DNA from: Octopus vulgaris | Taxonomy: Eukaryota | Direction: 5' to 3' | DNA: 64,000 bases | Assembly (NCBI GenBank): GCA_951406725.2 | Contig: OX597814.1 | Span: 31,930,001-31,994,000, forward strand | Part shown: piece after piece, positions 38,072-51,482 of the stretch | How positions within the stretch are numbered: the stretch's first letter is position 1 | Layout: every line of letters begins with the position of its first letter | Position numbers and translations under genes: made by a program | The notes under the pieces: generated by a model | Database searches by the model: none | The model's input: only the letters and a program-made list of their open reading frames with translations | What the model was told of the DNA's origin: nothing

Positions 38072-41000
38072 TTGCGGATATTTGCATAAAATGCATTAGC
38101 AGAGATAGCCTTATCCCTTCAGACCGAGGACCTTACAATAAGAGTTTTATACTGCTCTTCAGTAGCATCGTAAATATCTCTAGGGTATATTTAGATTATT
38201 AAAGCCAAATTCTGAAATGGTACTTCGGTTATGTTATTTGAAACTAAGCACAATATGGAATTGCCAGATTTCTTCAGGCTACGTCTCCAGATCTTTTCCC
38301 AAATATCTTTCATTGTAATGACCATGTTTGAGTTAACTCTTCTCGAGTTAAATGGAAATTGTTTTCACATATCTAATGGGAAAGTATGCCATTGTTTTTG
38401 ATCTGACAAAGACACAAAACACACAAGTATACACAAACACACAAAAAAATTTATCCATCATCCCTATATTCATACATATATATATATGTGCGTATATATA
38501 TATATATATATATATGTGCGTGTGTGTGTTTGTGTGAGTGTACGCACGTGCGTATATATATATATGTGAATATGTGTGACCATGGATGTGCTTGTATGTA
38601 TATATCTGTAGAAATAATAGAATTTTAATTCATGTTATATTCAATAATGATGCCGAACAATAAACTGTAGGAAATACATCTATTTGAAGAAATTACAAAA
38701 TATATTTTTTGATTTTGATATCGAAAAATTACATATTTTTATAGACTGAAGTTATTTTCCGGATATTAAATTTTTTCAATAAATTCATTTTAAACCGTTA
38801 TCTGAATGGTTTCTGACAATCCAGGTATTTAAAAGTCTTCAAAATGGTTTTACTTTTATAATTCTTCTAAATCAATTAAGCTAGACTTTAAAGAGTAAAA
38901 TATGAAAGAAAATACATTGTCACAAATGGTTAATAATTTTATGAAAAAAAAAAATTATCATTGATTTTTGTTTGCGGCAAAATATATTTTTTAAGCTTTT
39001 ATCTTCTACAGAATAAGTATCTGCAGGTGCTAAATATTTTATTAACAATTTCTATTTCCCAAATTTGCAATTATTTTGACATTTGGGAAATAACGCTTGA
39101 CATTCTTTGCCTTCCTCCCTAAACCAGTTGAAACTGATTAATGATTAATAACGAAAATAATGAAAAAGAAATATATAAATATATATAAATTGATAATTTG
39201 ATTTATATTTTAAAATGTACTTACGACGCGCGAGGAAGGAGACAATAATGATATATCTATTGGTCTTAACATAGAAGATTTTTTTTTACACGATATTCAT
39301 TCAGTTTCTTTTGGATAAGAATTTTTTTTAGTCAGTGTAATTTAGAAGACAGTTTTACATTTGATTAATATGGTTACATCTTTTTTTGGCACTTTTACAA
39401 AACTCCAAATCAGCTATAATCTGGCATCTGATTTGTGTGTGAGGATCTGAATCTTTACACTTATCACCTGCTGATATATTTTGATTACTGACATTCAACA
39501 TGTCGATGAGGGATTATTAACAAATAGCATAGCCTAGAAGAATGCCAGTACTGTCATATATAGTAGCGACGCGAGCATTATTAAAATAAAGTGATTAATT
39601 CAAATTCAAAAAGATCTTTTTTCAGCATTTCTTCGTTTATTTTTTATGAATTAAAGATTAAGTGAAATAAGACTGAGGCGCAGCGCAATAGACAACAGAT
39701 AATAATGGCAACATGAATAACTTACAGTACATAAAACCTATAATATTGCATCTATGAGTATATATTATAGATACATATATATATATATGTTAATAGATTA
39801 ATAGATCTACGTCGTTTTCACTCACATGGGTTGGATCGATTTGTAGCCAGAGAAAATAATCTATGCACAGAACACCACTTTGGGTTCAAACCCAGGACTC
39901 GTGACTTTAAAGCAAGCATGTATACATACATATACTGAGACAGACAATCAGACAGGCATAAATTCTACACAGAATTCGAGCAGGTCACTGTTAGTAACCG
40001 GTTTGATTGCTGTAAAGAATTTCTGTGAATACGAAAGAAAAACTTTAAAACTTATCTGGATGTAGTACAGGAACAGTATACCCTCAAAACATGCTGAAAG
40101 CATCGACAACTAACAATAAATGTGTCTGAATAGGTTATACGAGTCCTAAAATGGAAACATGAGCTAAATCAATGCCAAGTGTGGGAGAATTTTCTTAAAT
40201 TACGATGTTTACATGACTCAAGATACGGTAGCGAGAGCAATAGAATTGAATAATAAATCAAAAATAATACGATTAACCTATTAAGTCTGTAGATTCGAGA
40301 CGTTATTGGTGAAAACTAAGAAATCAGTCATGGTGATGCGGCTTGGAACTGAAAAAATGAAATTGTGTTGAATTATTGATGCCTAAATTGCATCAATAAT
40401 GTAGTAAATTAATAGAAAAATAATGATTATTTACTAGCTCATCCACTAACAAAAGTACATTGTTAGCTTTATAGCCACGTATTATTAAAGTATCAGATAT
40501 ATACCAATAAGTTGCATGAAATTTTGGAGGAAAAATGTGTACCATGTTCATGAAGTGTGTTTAGACGGTTATATCTTCGTAAGAACTATTTTTTAAAATT
40601 CTTAAAATATAAAGAATAGATATTTACGTCAAGTATGGCTAAAAGAAGACCAGTCAAAATATTGTGACAAACTCCATCCATGCTGGGAAAATTATTCATA
40701 TAAGCATACTCACGCCTATAAAAGCATATACATTTCTATATAGATTTAAGTAAAAAATATACGGACACCAATTTTCCTGCAATTCTATCACAGTTTTGAT
40801 ATTGTTGTATCCACTTTTTCTTATACTGTTGTCTCCACTATTTTGATACTACTGTATCCATTTTTTAAAAATTGTTTGTTTTAAATAGTTTGTGGTATTT
40901 ATATTGTATTGATAATTATTGTTAGAAAGATGTGTTTTATTTACTTGTTAGGTGTAAGGACGTTATAAAACTAATCGTTTGTTTCCGTCGTTTATTATTT

Positions 41001-41228
41001 CTTTAATATTCGGCGGATATGCATGCATGTGTTTTAGTTTGACTTCAACCTGATTGCTCTTAAATTTTTCATTTAGAATAGTGCTGCGTGATGTGCGATC
41101 AAATATTTGATTGTCGAACAAAATTATGGTGATTCCTCGTCATATATTACGTTGTGATGTAGGGTATTTATCTAGAAGTTATATATACATATATGTATTT
41201 ATGTATGTATGTATGCGTATATATATAC

Positions 41229-41272
<44 letters not shown>

Positions 41273-42534
41273 TAGATAAAAGACATGTATATATATATAT
41301 ATATGCATGGCCTTTGAGAAATTGACCATCGACTTCATACCTACGCAGCGCTTAGCCGTATAAGCGACTCGTCAAATACAAATGGTCGAAGGCGCATGAC
41401 CTCTTTAGAGCTGTAGGAAGAAATACGTCACCGACACATATTTCTCTAAAGAAGAGTACTTGTCCGTGCAGGAGGTGTTACAAGCATGGCGACAGTATCA
41501 CCCTTACACCGGTTCCGGCCGTGGCGATATTCCAAGATACTTCAACGAATTGGGGATTCCAAGTTAGTAGTAGGTCAAATTTTATATAACACATTGACTA
41601 AATACTTCTTTCCTGAAGTTGAAATAGGTCCCCGGGTCAACCGAGCTTTCCTGGTTTCTTGCTCTCACTCTGCCAAGCAAAGCTAACACCTTTTGCTGCA
41701 ATTCATACAAGTCCCTGGCTGTTTCAGGAACTTCCATTTAATGATGGTTTTGGTTCCTTCGTCATTTCAGTACCATACGTGGCTGGCTAGAGATTTGAAG
41801 TTGCATATTTCAGGTATCCTAAAAGACGACCTGCGGTTGTTCAGACGTTTCTGAAACGGGAATCTGGTTGAACAGATGTAATTTTGATTCTGTGAATTAT
41901 ATATGCTACCACCGCTGATGTTGCTTTCGGTAACTCTGCGTCTGCTGTCATCGATGTTATTACCACAGGTGTTGCTGCTAGAGTCACTGCCGATACTGTT
42001 ACCCTTGGACGTGATCCTGGTGGATCCGTTTCGCTGGCGTAACAGTAATTTCCGGCTGCAATGTTAGTGTCGCTGCTGCCGTCGTAACTGTTCGCATGTC
42101 ATTCACAGCTGCTTGACTCACTGTTGCCGACGTTGCTGACACTATTGTTGCCTTCTCTGCTGTTGTCGACGATATTGTCGTGGCTGCTTACGGTGTTGCT
42201 CTGATTGCCATTACTGGCCACCACGTTAGCTTCGCATCAACGCCCCAGTGGGCAGTCATTGTATACTCTACATGAGCGTCTTGTCGATGCTCGCAGCTTA
42301 AGATAGCTTACGAAAATTTTACTTTCCTGTTGCAAGCTAGAAATTCCCCATTCCTTGAGTAGCGCCGAAGAAGCATATTTGAATATCGTAACGGCTGGAA
42401 TCTATATAAGTGGAGTAACTGCATCCAGCCTGTAACACCACCTGCACAGGCAAATATTATTTTGTTTACAAAACGAACTGACAGTGTCGTATTGATTCCT
42501 CCAATAGTAGAGATGCTATGCTCCTTCTACCTTT

Positions 42535-42601
42535 TGAGTCTGACGAGTGACCTCTACGGCTAAGTGCGTTATAGGAACGAAACCAAACCAATGGTCATAC
42601 A
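42535..42601 (+). ncRNA. Candidate type-I hammerhead ribozyme with long stem II
   Basis: TGAGT CTGACGA GT..CCT..ACG..CGT..AGG.AC GAAACC-aaaccaat-GGTC ATACA. GUC triplet, 3-bp stem III, stem I 4/5 paired. Confidence 0.55.
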
Positions 42602-42694
42602 CTGACCGGCCGTAATAATTAACATCCTAAACATGTTTTTACTCCTCTACTGCTTTAGAGTGTGCTTCTTTTACGGATATATGAACTACTGACG

Positions 42695-42725
<31 letters not shown>

Positions 42726-43454
42726 TAAGTAATTATACGTGTGTGTATGCATATTTGCAACACATACATACATTTACACACATACTCACACAGCTATAAG
42801 GCTGTGCGGCGTATATGCGTGGGTTGTGCTACCCTTAAATATGCGTTTTAAAGCTTAAATATCCTATCTTAGCAATCAAGATTCGTTTCCATACATATTT
42901 ACAAGCATATCATTAAACTTGGGATCCAAATATTGTAGAAATCAGATTATATGTATATTAAACACTAGCTCTGTATGTATGCTTTTCTAACAAGCCGTTC
43001 GTAATTTTCAAAAAAATGTTATTGACAATTGTGTTATACAAATTTATCCTTTATCTTTGTCTTCAGCAAAGAATTGTAATTTTCTAATTTATTTTATTCC
43101 GTCTTTTTGTTTTAAGAAGAAAAAAAAAAGAAAGAAACAGATTGGTTTTGTAGGAGCAGTTGATGATTTAATAGTTAATAGTGACGAGAACGTAATAATT
43201 ATTCTTGATTACCGTCAGTGAATGTTGAGACTGCGTAAAATAGAATGAAACTAATTCAAATAAAACCTGGTGATGTTTAGCTACAATGGAAAACGAAATA
43301 ATTAGTGAACAAAATACAGTAATAATAAGCGTCGGTATTTATGTTGAATAGTCACTGTTTGATGAAAGAGCAAGATTTGGAGACTGCGCAATGTTCAGGT
43401 CTGTACGCATGCAAAGGCACACACGCACCAACACATAGATAGATAGATAAATAA

Positions 43455-43629
43455 GTATGTATGTATGTATGTATGTATGTATGTATGTATGTATGTATGT
43501 ATGTATGTATGTATGTATGTATGTATGTATGTAGGTAGGTAAGTAGGTAGGTAGGTAGGTAGGTAGGTAGGTAGGTAGGTAGGTAGGTAAGTAGGTAGGT
43601 AGGTAGGTAGGTAGGTAGGTAGGTAGGTA
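43455..43629. repeat. (TATG)n(TAGG)n compound tetranucleotide repeat
   Basis: Read directly from the sequence. Confidence 0.95.
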
Positions 43630-43776
43630 CGTAGATTATTGTAGAATATCCACGATGGATATTCTACTGTGCCATCAGCTGACTGAATTACAATTCACCT
43701 TAAAATTGTTATTGTGACCGAGTATTAATGAGACACATGTACCAGCCACTTAGCAGAAATGAGCATTAGAGCAGAA

Positions 43777-44096
43777 AGTCGATTAAGTCGATTATATCGA
43801 CTCCAGTGCGTAACTGGTACTTATTTAATCGACCCTGAAAGGATGAAAGGCAAAATCGACCTCGGTGGAATTTGAACTCAGAACGTAGCGGCAGACGAAA
43901 TACCTATTTCTTTACTACCCAAAAGGGGCTAAACACAGAGAGGACAAACAAGGAGAGACAAACGGATTAAGTCGATTATATCGACACCAGTGCGTAACTG
44001 GTACTTATTTAATCGACCCCGAAAGGATGAAAGGCAAAGTCGACCCCGGCGGAATTTGAACTCAGAGCGTAGCGGCAGACGAAATACCGCTAAGCA
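43777..44096 (-). mobile_element. SINE family C, head-less tandem dimer
   Basis: Two near-identical core units joined through the ...GGGTAGTAAAGAAATAGG|TATTTCGTC tail, as in 3487-3915. Confidence 0.85.
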
Positions 44097-44302
44097 TATA
44101 TATACCATTCTCCGAACCTTCCGGTGTCTTCCAGTCCGACCTCTCCACTTCGCACATCTTCCCTAACCCAACCTCCCAACTTGGCTCGTTCCCCTACTCT
44201 TGCCCACGCTCTCGCACTTGCCCTTACCTCTCCAACACCACCCTCCTCACCACCACCCATCATCGACACTATCATATCACCGACTCCTTCACCTGCGCTT
44301 CT

Positions 44303-44367
44303 ACCGTGACCTGTTCACTGACAAAACTTCGTGCTGCACGAAGTTTTGTCAGTGAACAGGTCACGGT
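44303..44367. repeat. Perfect 65-bp palindrome (32-bp arms, 1-nt loop)
   Basis: ACCGTGACCTGTTCACTGACAAAACTTCGTGC T GCACGAAGTTTTGTCAGTGAACAGGTCACGGT. Confidence 0.95.
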
Positions 44368-44576
44368 CTCAAAACGACGAAAATATTTTGACAAATTAAA
44401 TTTAAATGTTAAAGTGAATCTAACGGATTTTGTGTACTTCTTAGATGGCTTATAAACATCTTCCAGCCGAAATTGCGAGGATGATCCGGTTCTTGACTGA
44501 AGATTGAAGGCTTCGAATGTCCCGTCCGTGTTTCTTGTATCGTCTCCTAAATGTTTTGCGTTCTTGTCTCTGTTTG

Positions 44577-44706
<130 letters not shown>

Positions 44707-45533
44707 CACACACATATATATATATATATATGTATGTATGTATATGTATATTTCTTTTCAATTTTTTGAATGTAGATAACGAAAACAATGTCTTGCATAG
44801 TTTTATTGTTCTGCTTATATTTTATATATGTGAGGTGCGAGTCAGTTGGTTGATTTCTTTTTCTCTCTATATATGTATGCATGTATGTATGTATGTTTGT
44901 ATGTGTATACATGTACTTATATATACACAAACACACGCACACACACACACATATATATATACAAACACATAGATTCATGCATTCGGGGGTGCCTTGGTAG
45001 AGAGCAACGTGGCCATCCTGTTTCCTAGGAACAGTTGTCACTACAGTTGTGATGAGAAAAAATGCAGAGGGAACAGCATGCCAATGTAGCAGAATTATTT
45101 GATTGTCCATGATTGATGTTATGTGGATGAGTCGAGGGGCCCTTCCTTTGATGCAGTCAAAGAAGTCGCTATGACACAAGAGCAGCATCTCAGATGCTGA
45201 AGATATACGCCTTAGTGGTTCGTAACTGAACTTTGTAGAGGACCAGCAATTGTTGGATACAGGTGTATTTCTTTGAACTCAATAGAAGAAATTGGCATTT
45301 GGATGCAGTCCTGGCTGTTACTGATGTTGGGAGTTTTCTTCGGTTGTGACACCTAACACAGCGTGCAACACTGTGGGTGCTCTAGTTAAATGCTGCTTAA
45401 GTTTCACTTGCATAGTAAGTATAGTGTATGTTTTTGGTTGGTGAGAAAATCGGGACTAATATGGCTATATTGGAGGATGATTTTTCATTCATGTAATCGG
45501 TGCAGCTTCTGTGTGTTGTCTGGGTTATAAGTA

Positions 45534-45921
45534 TCATCTGTGTGAAAAATCTGGCTGCATACACGTTAGCACATGCCAGGTGCATACAATAGACAACACA
45601 GTTAATTAAGGTTTATTCAGTGAGTTCTATTCAACACATGTTTATACGTGGAATCCATTACATGAAGGCATTTTCAAAGTTTTAACCGATAAAGTTGAAC
45701 TGAAAAACCCTACAACGAGGCATGAATTTCACGAAGACGTCTTGCAGTCTTGGGAAGAGCTATCTGAGCGGAAAATTCGTGGATGTATTCAACATCAAAC
45801 TCGTGTTCGGCGTCAAATAGTTGACTGTCGTGGTGGTAACAGATTCGTGTAATAAATTTTGTGTTTATTTTTCTTTCATAATATATATTTTTTCGGATGC
45901 AGCCAGACTTTTCACAGATAG
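45534..45921 (+). mobile_element. Tc1/mariner internal-deletion derivative
   Basis: About 28-bp imperfect TIRs (ATCTGTG..AAAA.TCTGGCTGCAT) flanked by TA. The stop-free frame 45649-45852 reads WNPLHEGIFKVLTDKVELKNPTTRHEFHEDVLQSWEELSERKIRGCIQHQTRVRRQIVDCRGGNRFV*, which resembles a Tc1 transposase C-terminus. Confidence 0.8.
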
Positions 45922-46150
45922 TATTTGTGTGAGATTGGTGAGGGCTAGAGTCAGTAAATGGTGGATTTTCTCGGTCAGTAAGATGATGCTTGGTCAGTCA
46001 GACTGAAATGCTAGAATGTTATGGTAAATTCAAAATGACGATGCATTCTAGCATTGGGCACATATGTGTGTCGGCTTATGTGTGTGTGGTGAAATGCAAC
46101 AATTATTATGCTTTTAACTTACAGAAAGAATAGTTGTGAGTATCCTGCAA

Positions 46151-46563
46151 ATATATCTAGAGGACGGACTAAATTTTTTCTATATATTCGCAATCCTTAC
46201 TCTCTGAAATGAAATGTAGAGTTATAAACGAGTATATCCAAATGATATATTCTGAGGATACTTTGAATAACAGAGAGTTGTGCAGGGGATAGTCTTCATT
46301 AATAACAGAACAAGTTATGAAAATAATGGTTAGGTAATACTTACGCTGTAATACGTATGTAATTCATTACATACAATATGTAATGAATTAGCATGGTACA
46401 GGGGCGCTTAAATCCTTCGATAAATAATGAAGTAACGCACTGGTCAAAATACTGTAGAATCAAATCAATACTTAACATCTGCGAAAGAAGACGCACACAT
46501 AGTCATATCTTATCGTCTAATTGCGAATATATAGAAAAAAATTAGTCCCTCCTCTCGATATAT
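46151..46563. mobile_element. MITE-like element with 44-bp TIRs and a central hairpin
   Basis: 46151-46194 versus 46520-46563 is 41/44 complementary. Internal perfect 14-bp IR at 46360-46373/46377-46390. Confidence 0.8.
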
Positions 46564-47930
46564 AAGCGCTTCTGAATAGTAATGGATTGTAGGTATTATT
46601 TTACTTGGATTCAAATAGAATTATTTTGCTATTTTCTGGGAAATTTACAGGAGTATGAAATGACAGTAGGTGTACTAAGAAATGGTAATATGCTTATGTT
46701 GGAATATTTATTCCTGTAAGAAGATGTGCATCTTTTAGATTTATAGTATTGTAACAAATCAGAATAGAAATTATTCGTGGAACAACAATGAATAAAAGCA
46801 AGGTCATGATTTTCACTTGCTAAGCACATAACGTCTAATTTATAACTATCCATGTTGTAATTTAGATCAGTAGAATGTTAACTTATAGTAAAAGTTAAAA
46901 TGCTGGTCTCGATAAGCTAAAGATTTTATTGAAATTACACTGCAGTAGTGTAGTTATTATTAATATACTTTAGTAACAGCCATGGCAATTCGGTTATGAC
47001 GATTGGATTATCTTGCAACAATGTTAAGAATTCAACCTTCATGTGTCTTCAAGTATAGCGAGTGGAACTTAGTAGACGTAAAACTGTAAATAAATTAGTC
47101 GTATTCAGATTTATATTTCTATAATTTTCTATCTGCATTTATGGTTGTCGGTATAAACTGATGTGCTGAGTGACGTTTTCGTTCTGACAAATCTTGGTGA
47201 TGCAACAAAATACAAAGCATACAGAAATAAAGTGATTCGGTCGATATGAACGGATAAATCTTTTGAAGGTGGTACCCCTGCATTGCAGCAATCCAATAAG
47301 TAGACGTATTCAGATGAAGGAGCAAACTATATACCGATGTACATTCGATGGCTTGCACAACCTTTCACCAAACAGTGTTCTGAACAAAATAAATGAGTCG
47401 ATGATTAGTGAATAGGAATGACATAAAGGATAATTTTGGGGGCTATTGATCCTATAAATGTGCTCCAATAACCGTGAGTAGACATTATATTTGGCGGTGC
47501 TTGAAACGCATTACATCATTTTTTCTATAACTCTGTGTACTAGAAATGCTCTGTTTAAAGTGTCAATATTTGTAAAACATATTGCAATAACTTGAATATA
47601 TAACCAAAGAAATTTTATTTTGTTGTTAATTTTATATCGAGTTCTAGCAGGCACATGATTAGAAGAAACTTAGCAGTGAATATTCCAGCACTATATATGC
47701 CAGAGGTACAAGACCAGCAGTTTTGAGGAACGAAGTATAATTAATACCTTCAATCACAATACTTAGCTGTGAATTCATGTTATCGTCCTGAAAAAATGAA
47801 AGGAAAATTTACTATATTATTTATCATACCTGCTAGAATTTGAAGTCTGCTTAGTCTTCCATCCTTCAAATGCTGTAAAAAAAAAACCCATTAAAATATA
47901 GATCCTGATTAATAGACTAAAGATCAATGC

Positions 47931-48073
47931 CAATATGTAATGAATTAGCATGGAACAGGGGCGCTTAAATCCTTCTATAAATAGTCATGTAGCGCACTGG
48001 TGAAAATACAGTACAGTCAAATCTATACTTAACATCTGCGAATGAACACACATATACTCATATCTTATTATCT
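47931..48073 (+). repeat. Partial second copy of the 46151 element interior
   Basis: CAATATGTAATGAATTAGCATGG..CAGGGGCGCTTAAATCC...ATACTTAACATCTGCGAA matches 46374-46518. Confidence 0.85.
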
Positions 48074-48083
48074 ACTCTCTCTT

Positions 48084-48141
<58 letters not shown>

Positions 48142-49048
48142 CTGCTCATACATTTTCACCTACTCGCGCACACATAAATACACACACTTTCTGTTCCGCT
48201 TTTTGTTTTCTCTCTGCCACTTTTCTCCTCTCTCACCTTTTCTCCCAAAGCGGACATATTGAAAGAGTGTGAATGCAAAAAGAAATCAATGAATTAAGAC
48301 TCTCTTCAAATAAGCCATCACTAGATAACTATGCTGAATCATGGAGTAAATCATCGATTAAATATGCGTCTCTTCTAAAATAGTTACATGTCAAAGATTT
48401 GATGAGGCTGATATAGTTGTTTATATTACTTTAAATTGATTCACTTTTTTTATAAACCCTGAATCAATGAAATGCAAATTTGACCCACGTAATCATCATA
48501 ATTTTTTGGATCAGTTGTCATTGTTTTGTATCTGATCGTTATTAATGTGTTCTGTCGCAGTCATATCACGCCGTTAAGATACATAATTCTTATTACCACA
48601 ACTTTCTTTGGAATATCAGCGCTCCGTGTTGTGTAAAAAATCAGATGTAATAGGGTCATCATCGTCGTCATTGTTGCTGCTGTTTAGTCTTAGCTTACCC
48701 GTCACTGTGTAACCTATTATCATGCACATTCCAACTGTGAATATTCCCAATATGTTTCGGGCAATATGCATTTAGGACTGCATAGTCCAATGTGTGCTTG
48801 GTGTAAGTGCATGAAGAGGTACCTGCTAGACTGAGCACGTCAAGTGGTTGTCTCAGTGATACAATTTATACTAATATTTATAAGGAGCGTGATAGAAGTG
48901 ATTATCCTACCTGGATAACTACCTGGATAATTACTTGGATTATAAACGAAAACATTCACTTTAACGAATGCTTATCTGGATCTGTTCTATTGAGGTGGAT
49001 ATTCGTGGTGAATTGCTGATTCCGTTATTTTTTTAGTTTTTGTTTGGT

Positions 49049-49570
49049 ATAGGTGCAGGAATGGCTGCGTGGTAAGTAGCTTCCTTATCAACCACATGGT
49101 TCTGGGTTCAGTCCCACTGCGTGGCACCTTGGGCAAGTGTCTTCTACTATAGCCTCGGACCCACCAAAGCCTTGTGAGTGGATTTGATAGACGGAAACTG
49201 AAAGAAGCCCGTCGTATATATGTGTATATGTATGTGTGTGTGTGTGCGTGTGTGAGTGTTTGTGTGTCTGTGTTTGTGTCCCCAACATCGCTTCACAACC
49301 GATGCTGGTATGTTTACGTCCCCGTAACTTCGGCAAAATAGACCGATATATATATATATTTGTGTGTCTGTGTTTGTCCTCTTAACATCGCTTGACAACT
49401 GATGTTGGTGTGTTTACGTCCCCGTAACTTACCAGTTCGGCAAAAGAGACGTTAGAATAAGTACTAGGCTTACAAAGAATAAGTCCTGGGTCAATTTGTT
49501 CGATTAAAATGGCGGTGTTCCAGCATGGCCACAGTCAAATGACTGAAACAAGTAAACGAGTAAAAGAGTA
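49049..49570 (+). mobile_element. SINE family B with an internal duplication of about 90 bp
   Basis: Full head and tail. The segment at about 49259-49348 is repeated at about 49359-49455. Confidence 0.9.
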
Positions 49571-49571
49571 T

Positions 49572-49851
49572 ATTCTTTTAATTGTCGCAGTCATTTGAAT
49601 GTGGCCATACAGCGGCACCGCCTTGTAGTGGTATAGACCGACAACTCAACTCCTCGAATTATTTGTTGAGCCTAGCACTTTTCTATCGGTCCTCTCTGCA
49701 GAACCGCTAGGTTACGGAAAGTACACAAAGCAAAAGTCGGCTGTCAAGCAGTGATAGGGGAAGTGGACAGGTAAAGACACACACGCATAGATTCACACAC
49801 ACGCGCATACACGCACGCACACGCACGCACATACGCACACACACATACAAA

Positions 49852-49912
<61 letters not shown>

Positions 49913-50062
49913 CGACGTACATTATTCTGTTTCCGTCCACCAAAACCACTCACAACGCTTTGGTCGGCCTCAGATTATAGTAACAAGTACTTGACCAAGG
50001 CGCCACGCAGTGGGACTGAGCCTGGAATGATGTTGAGAAGCAAGCTTCTTATCACACAGCCA
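49572..50062 (-). mobile_element. SINE family B, older copy, tail-to-tail with the previous one
   Basis: Diverged reverse complement with an expanded internal (CA)n tract. Confidence 0.85.
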
Positions 50063-50639
50063 ATGGAATCCTCGTAAATATAGACTTCATATACGGAACT
50101 TAAAATGATTTAGACTGGTAAATCCTTCTTTCTGCTAACAAAAGATTAGTAATTGAAGTCAAGTTTATCACAAAACAGCCCCAGCTTACAGGTGAGATCT
50201 TTTCATACCAACGATACGTCATCAGTAAGTTCTACAAATCTTATGCTTTAACGAGGGGCTCTAATAATAAATGCTATGAACTATGTACATTAGAGCCGAG
50301 CAATCCCACAACTCAATCCTCAACCAGATACAGAGAAAATATATATATAGCAATATATATACATCTATAAATATATTAGCCGGTGTTTTCAAAGCAATGA
50401 ATAGCTTTGCAGAAACCATGGTACGCTTTGTTTTCTGACTTTATAATCATCTTATAATCATCTCATAATAATGACTTTTATGACTCTTATTACTACCTCA
50501 GTCAATCTAAATGTATATATTTACCGTTACCTGCCATAAAAAGCCTTTTTTTTATTACAATGTGCACTTTCGTTGATTTTTCATATTTTACCCTTACATT
50601 TCAACGTGTATTTTATATTTTCTTTTTGTAACATATTTC

Positions 50640-50700
<61 letters not shown>

Positions 50701-51398
50701 GGTATACTTTCTCCTTTCCATAAACCCAGAAACTTAAAAGGAATAAGTATAATCCCTGTAAACTACTCCTATTACTTGAACAGAGCGGAATATGTCGATG
50801 TGAAAAAGTTGAAAAAAAAAAATAAAGGTTACAGTCGGACGGGCTTCGAACTCAGAAAAAAGAATGATGGAACTGAAAGTTAGCAACTCTAATATGCAAC
50901 AGCTTCTCTCATTGCACCACATTCATATCAGGTTTTATTAATGGAATTGCTGATATATTCAAATGTATGAAAATATAATGACTGCACCAAAAAGTACTGA
51001 AGTTTTTGGCTTATGGATTTGTGTGTTAATATCCTGAAGCCTGCATTACATTCTGTTTTATGGCAAAGTTTTTAATTGCACTTACATTGCATCAAGTTGT
51101 TGCTATACACAGTGCTTTGAACTTTACGGAATCGCACTCCAAAACTGAGATGTATTTTCACCTTTAATTCTTTAGTTCTTTAGTTAGTTCACACCTTTGT
51201 GGTTCTTGCTAAGCAGGAGCACTGCCACAAGCAAACCACGAATATCAAAATATCTTCCACAAGCTTGCACAGATGAATTATACTATTGTCTCGAAAGAAT
51301 GATTGAAGCATTTATATCTGTATCTAGATGCGTACAGAAAAAGCATACTTGAGGGGTTTTGTTTTGTTCTTCATACTAAATTCTCTTTCTATTAATTT

Positions 51399-51482
51399 AA
51401 TACATTCATACACATGATATGGAGGAAATAATACATTCATATACATGATATGGGGAATACATTCATTGATATGATAAGGGGG
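51399..51482. repeat. Three tandem units of about 28-31 bp (AATACATTCATA.ACATGATATGG)
   Basis: Read directly from the sequence. Confidence 0.8.

Noticed and set aside
44980-45400. Possible gag-like zinc knuckle remnant on the minus strand
   Set aside because: The motif needs several frameshifts and cannot be supported by eye.
50185-50229. Minus-strand CTGATGA-hairpin-GAAA with a CTTA/TAAG stem I
   Set aside because: Stem III is mismatched and the cleavage-site base is G. At best a dead hammerhead.
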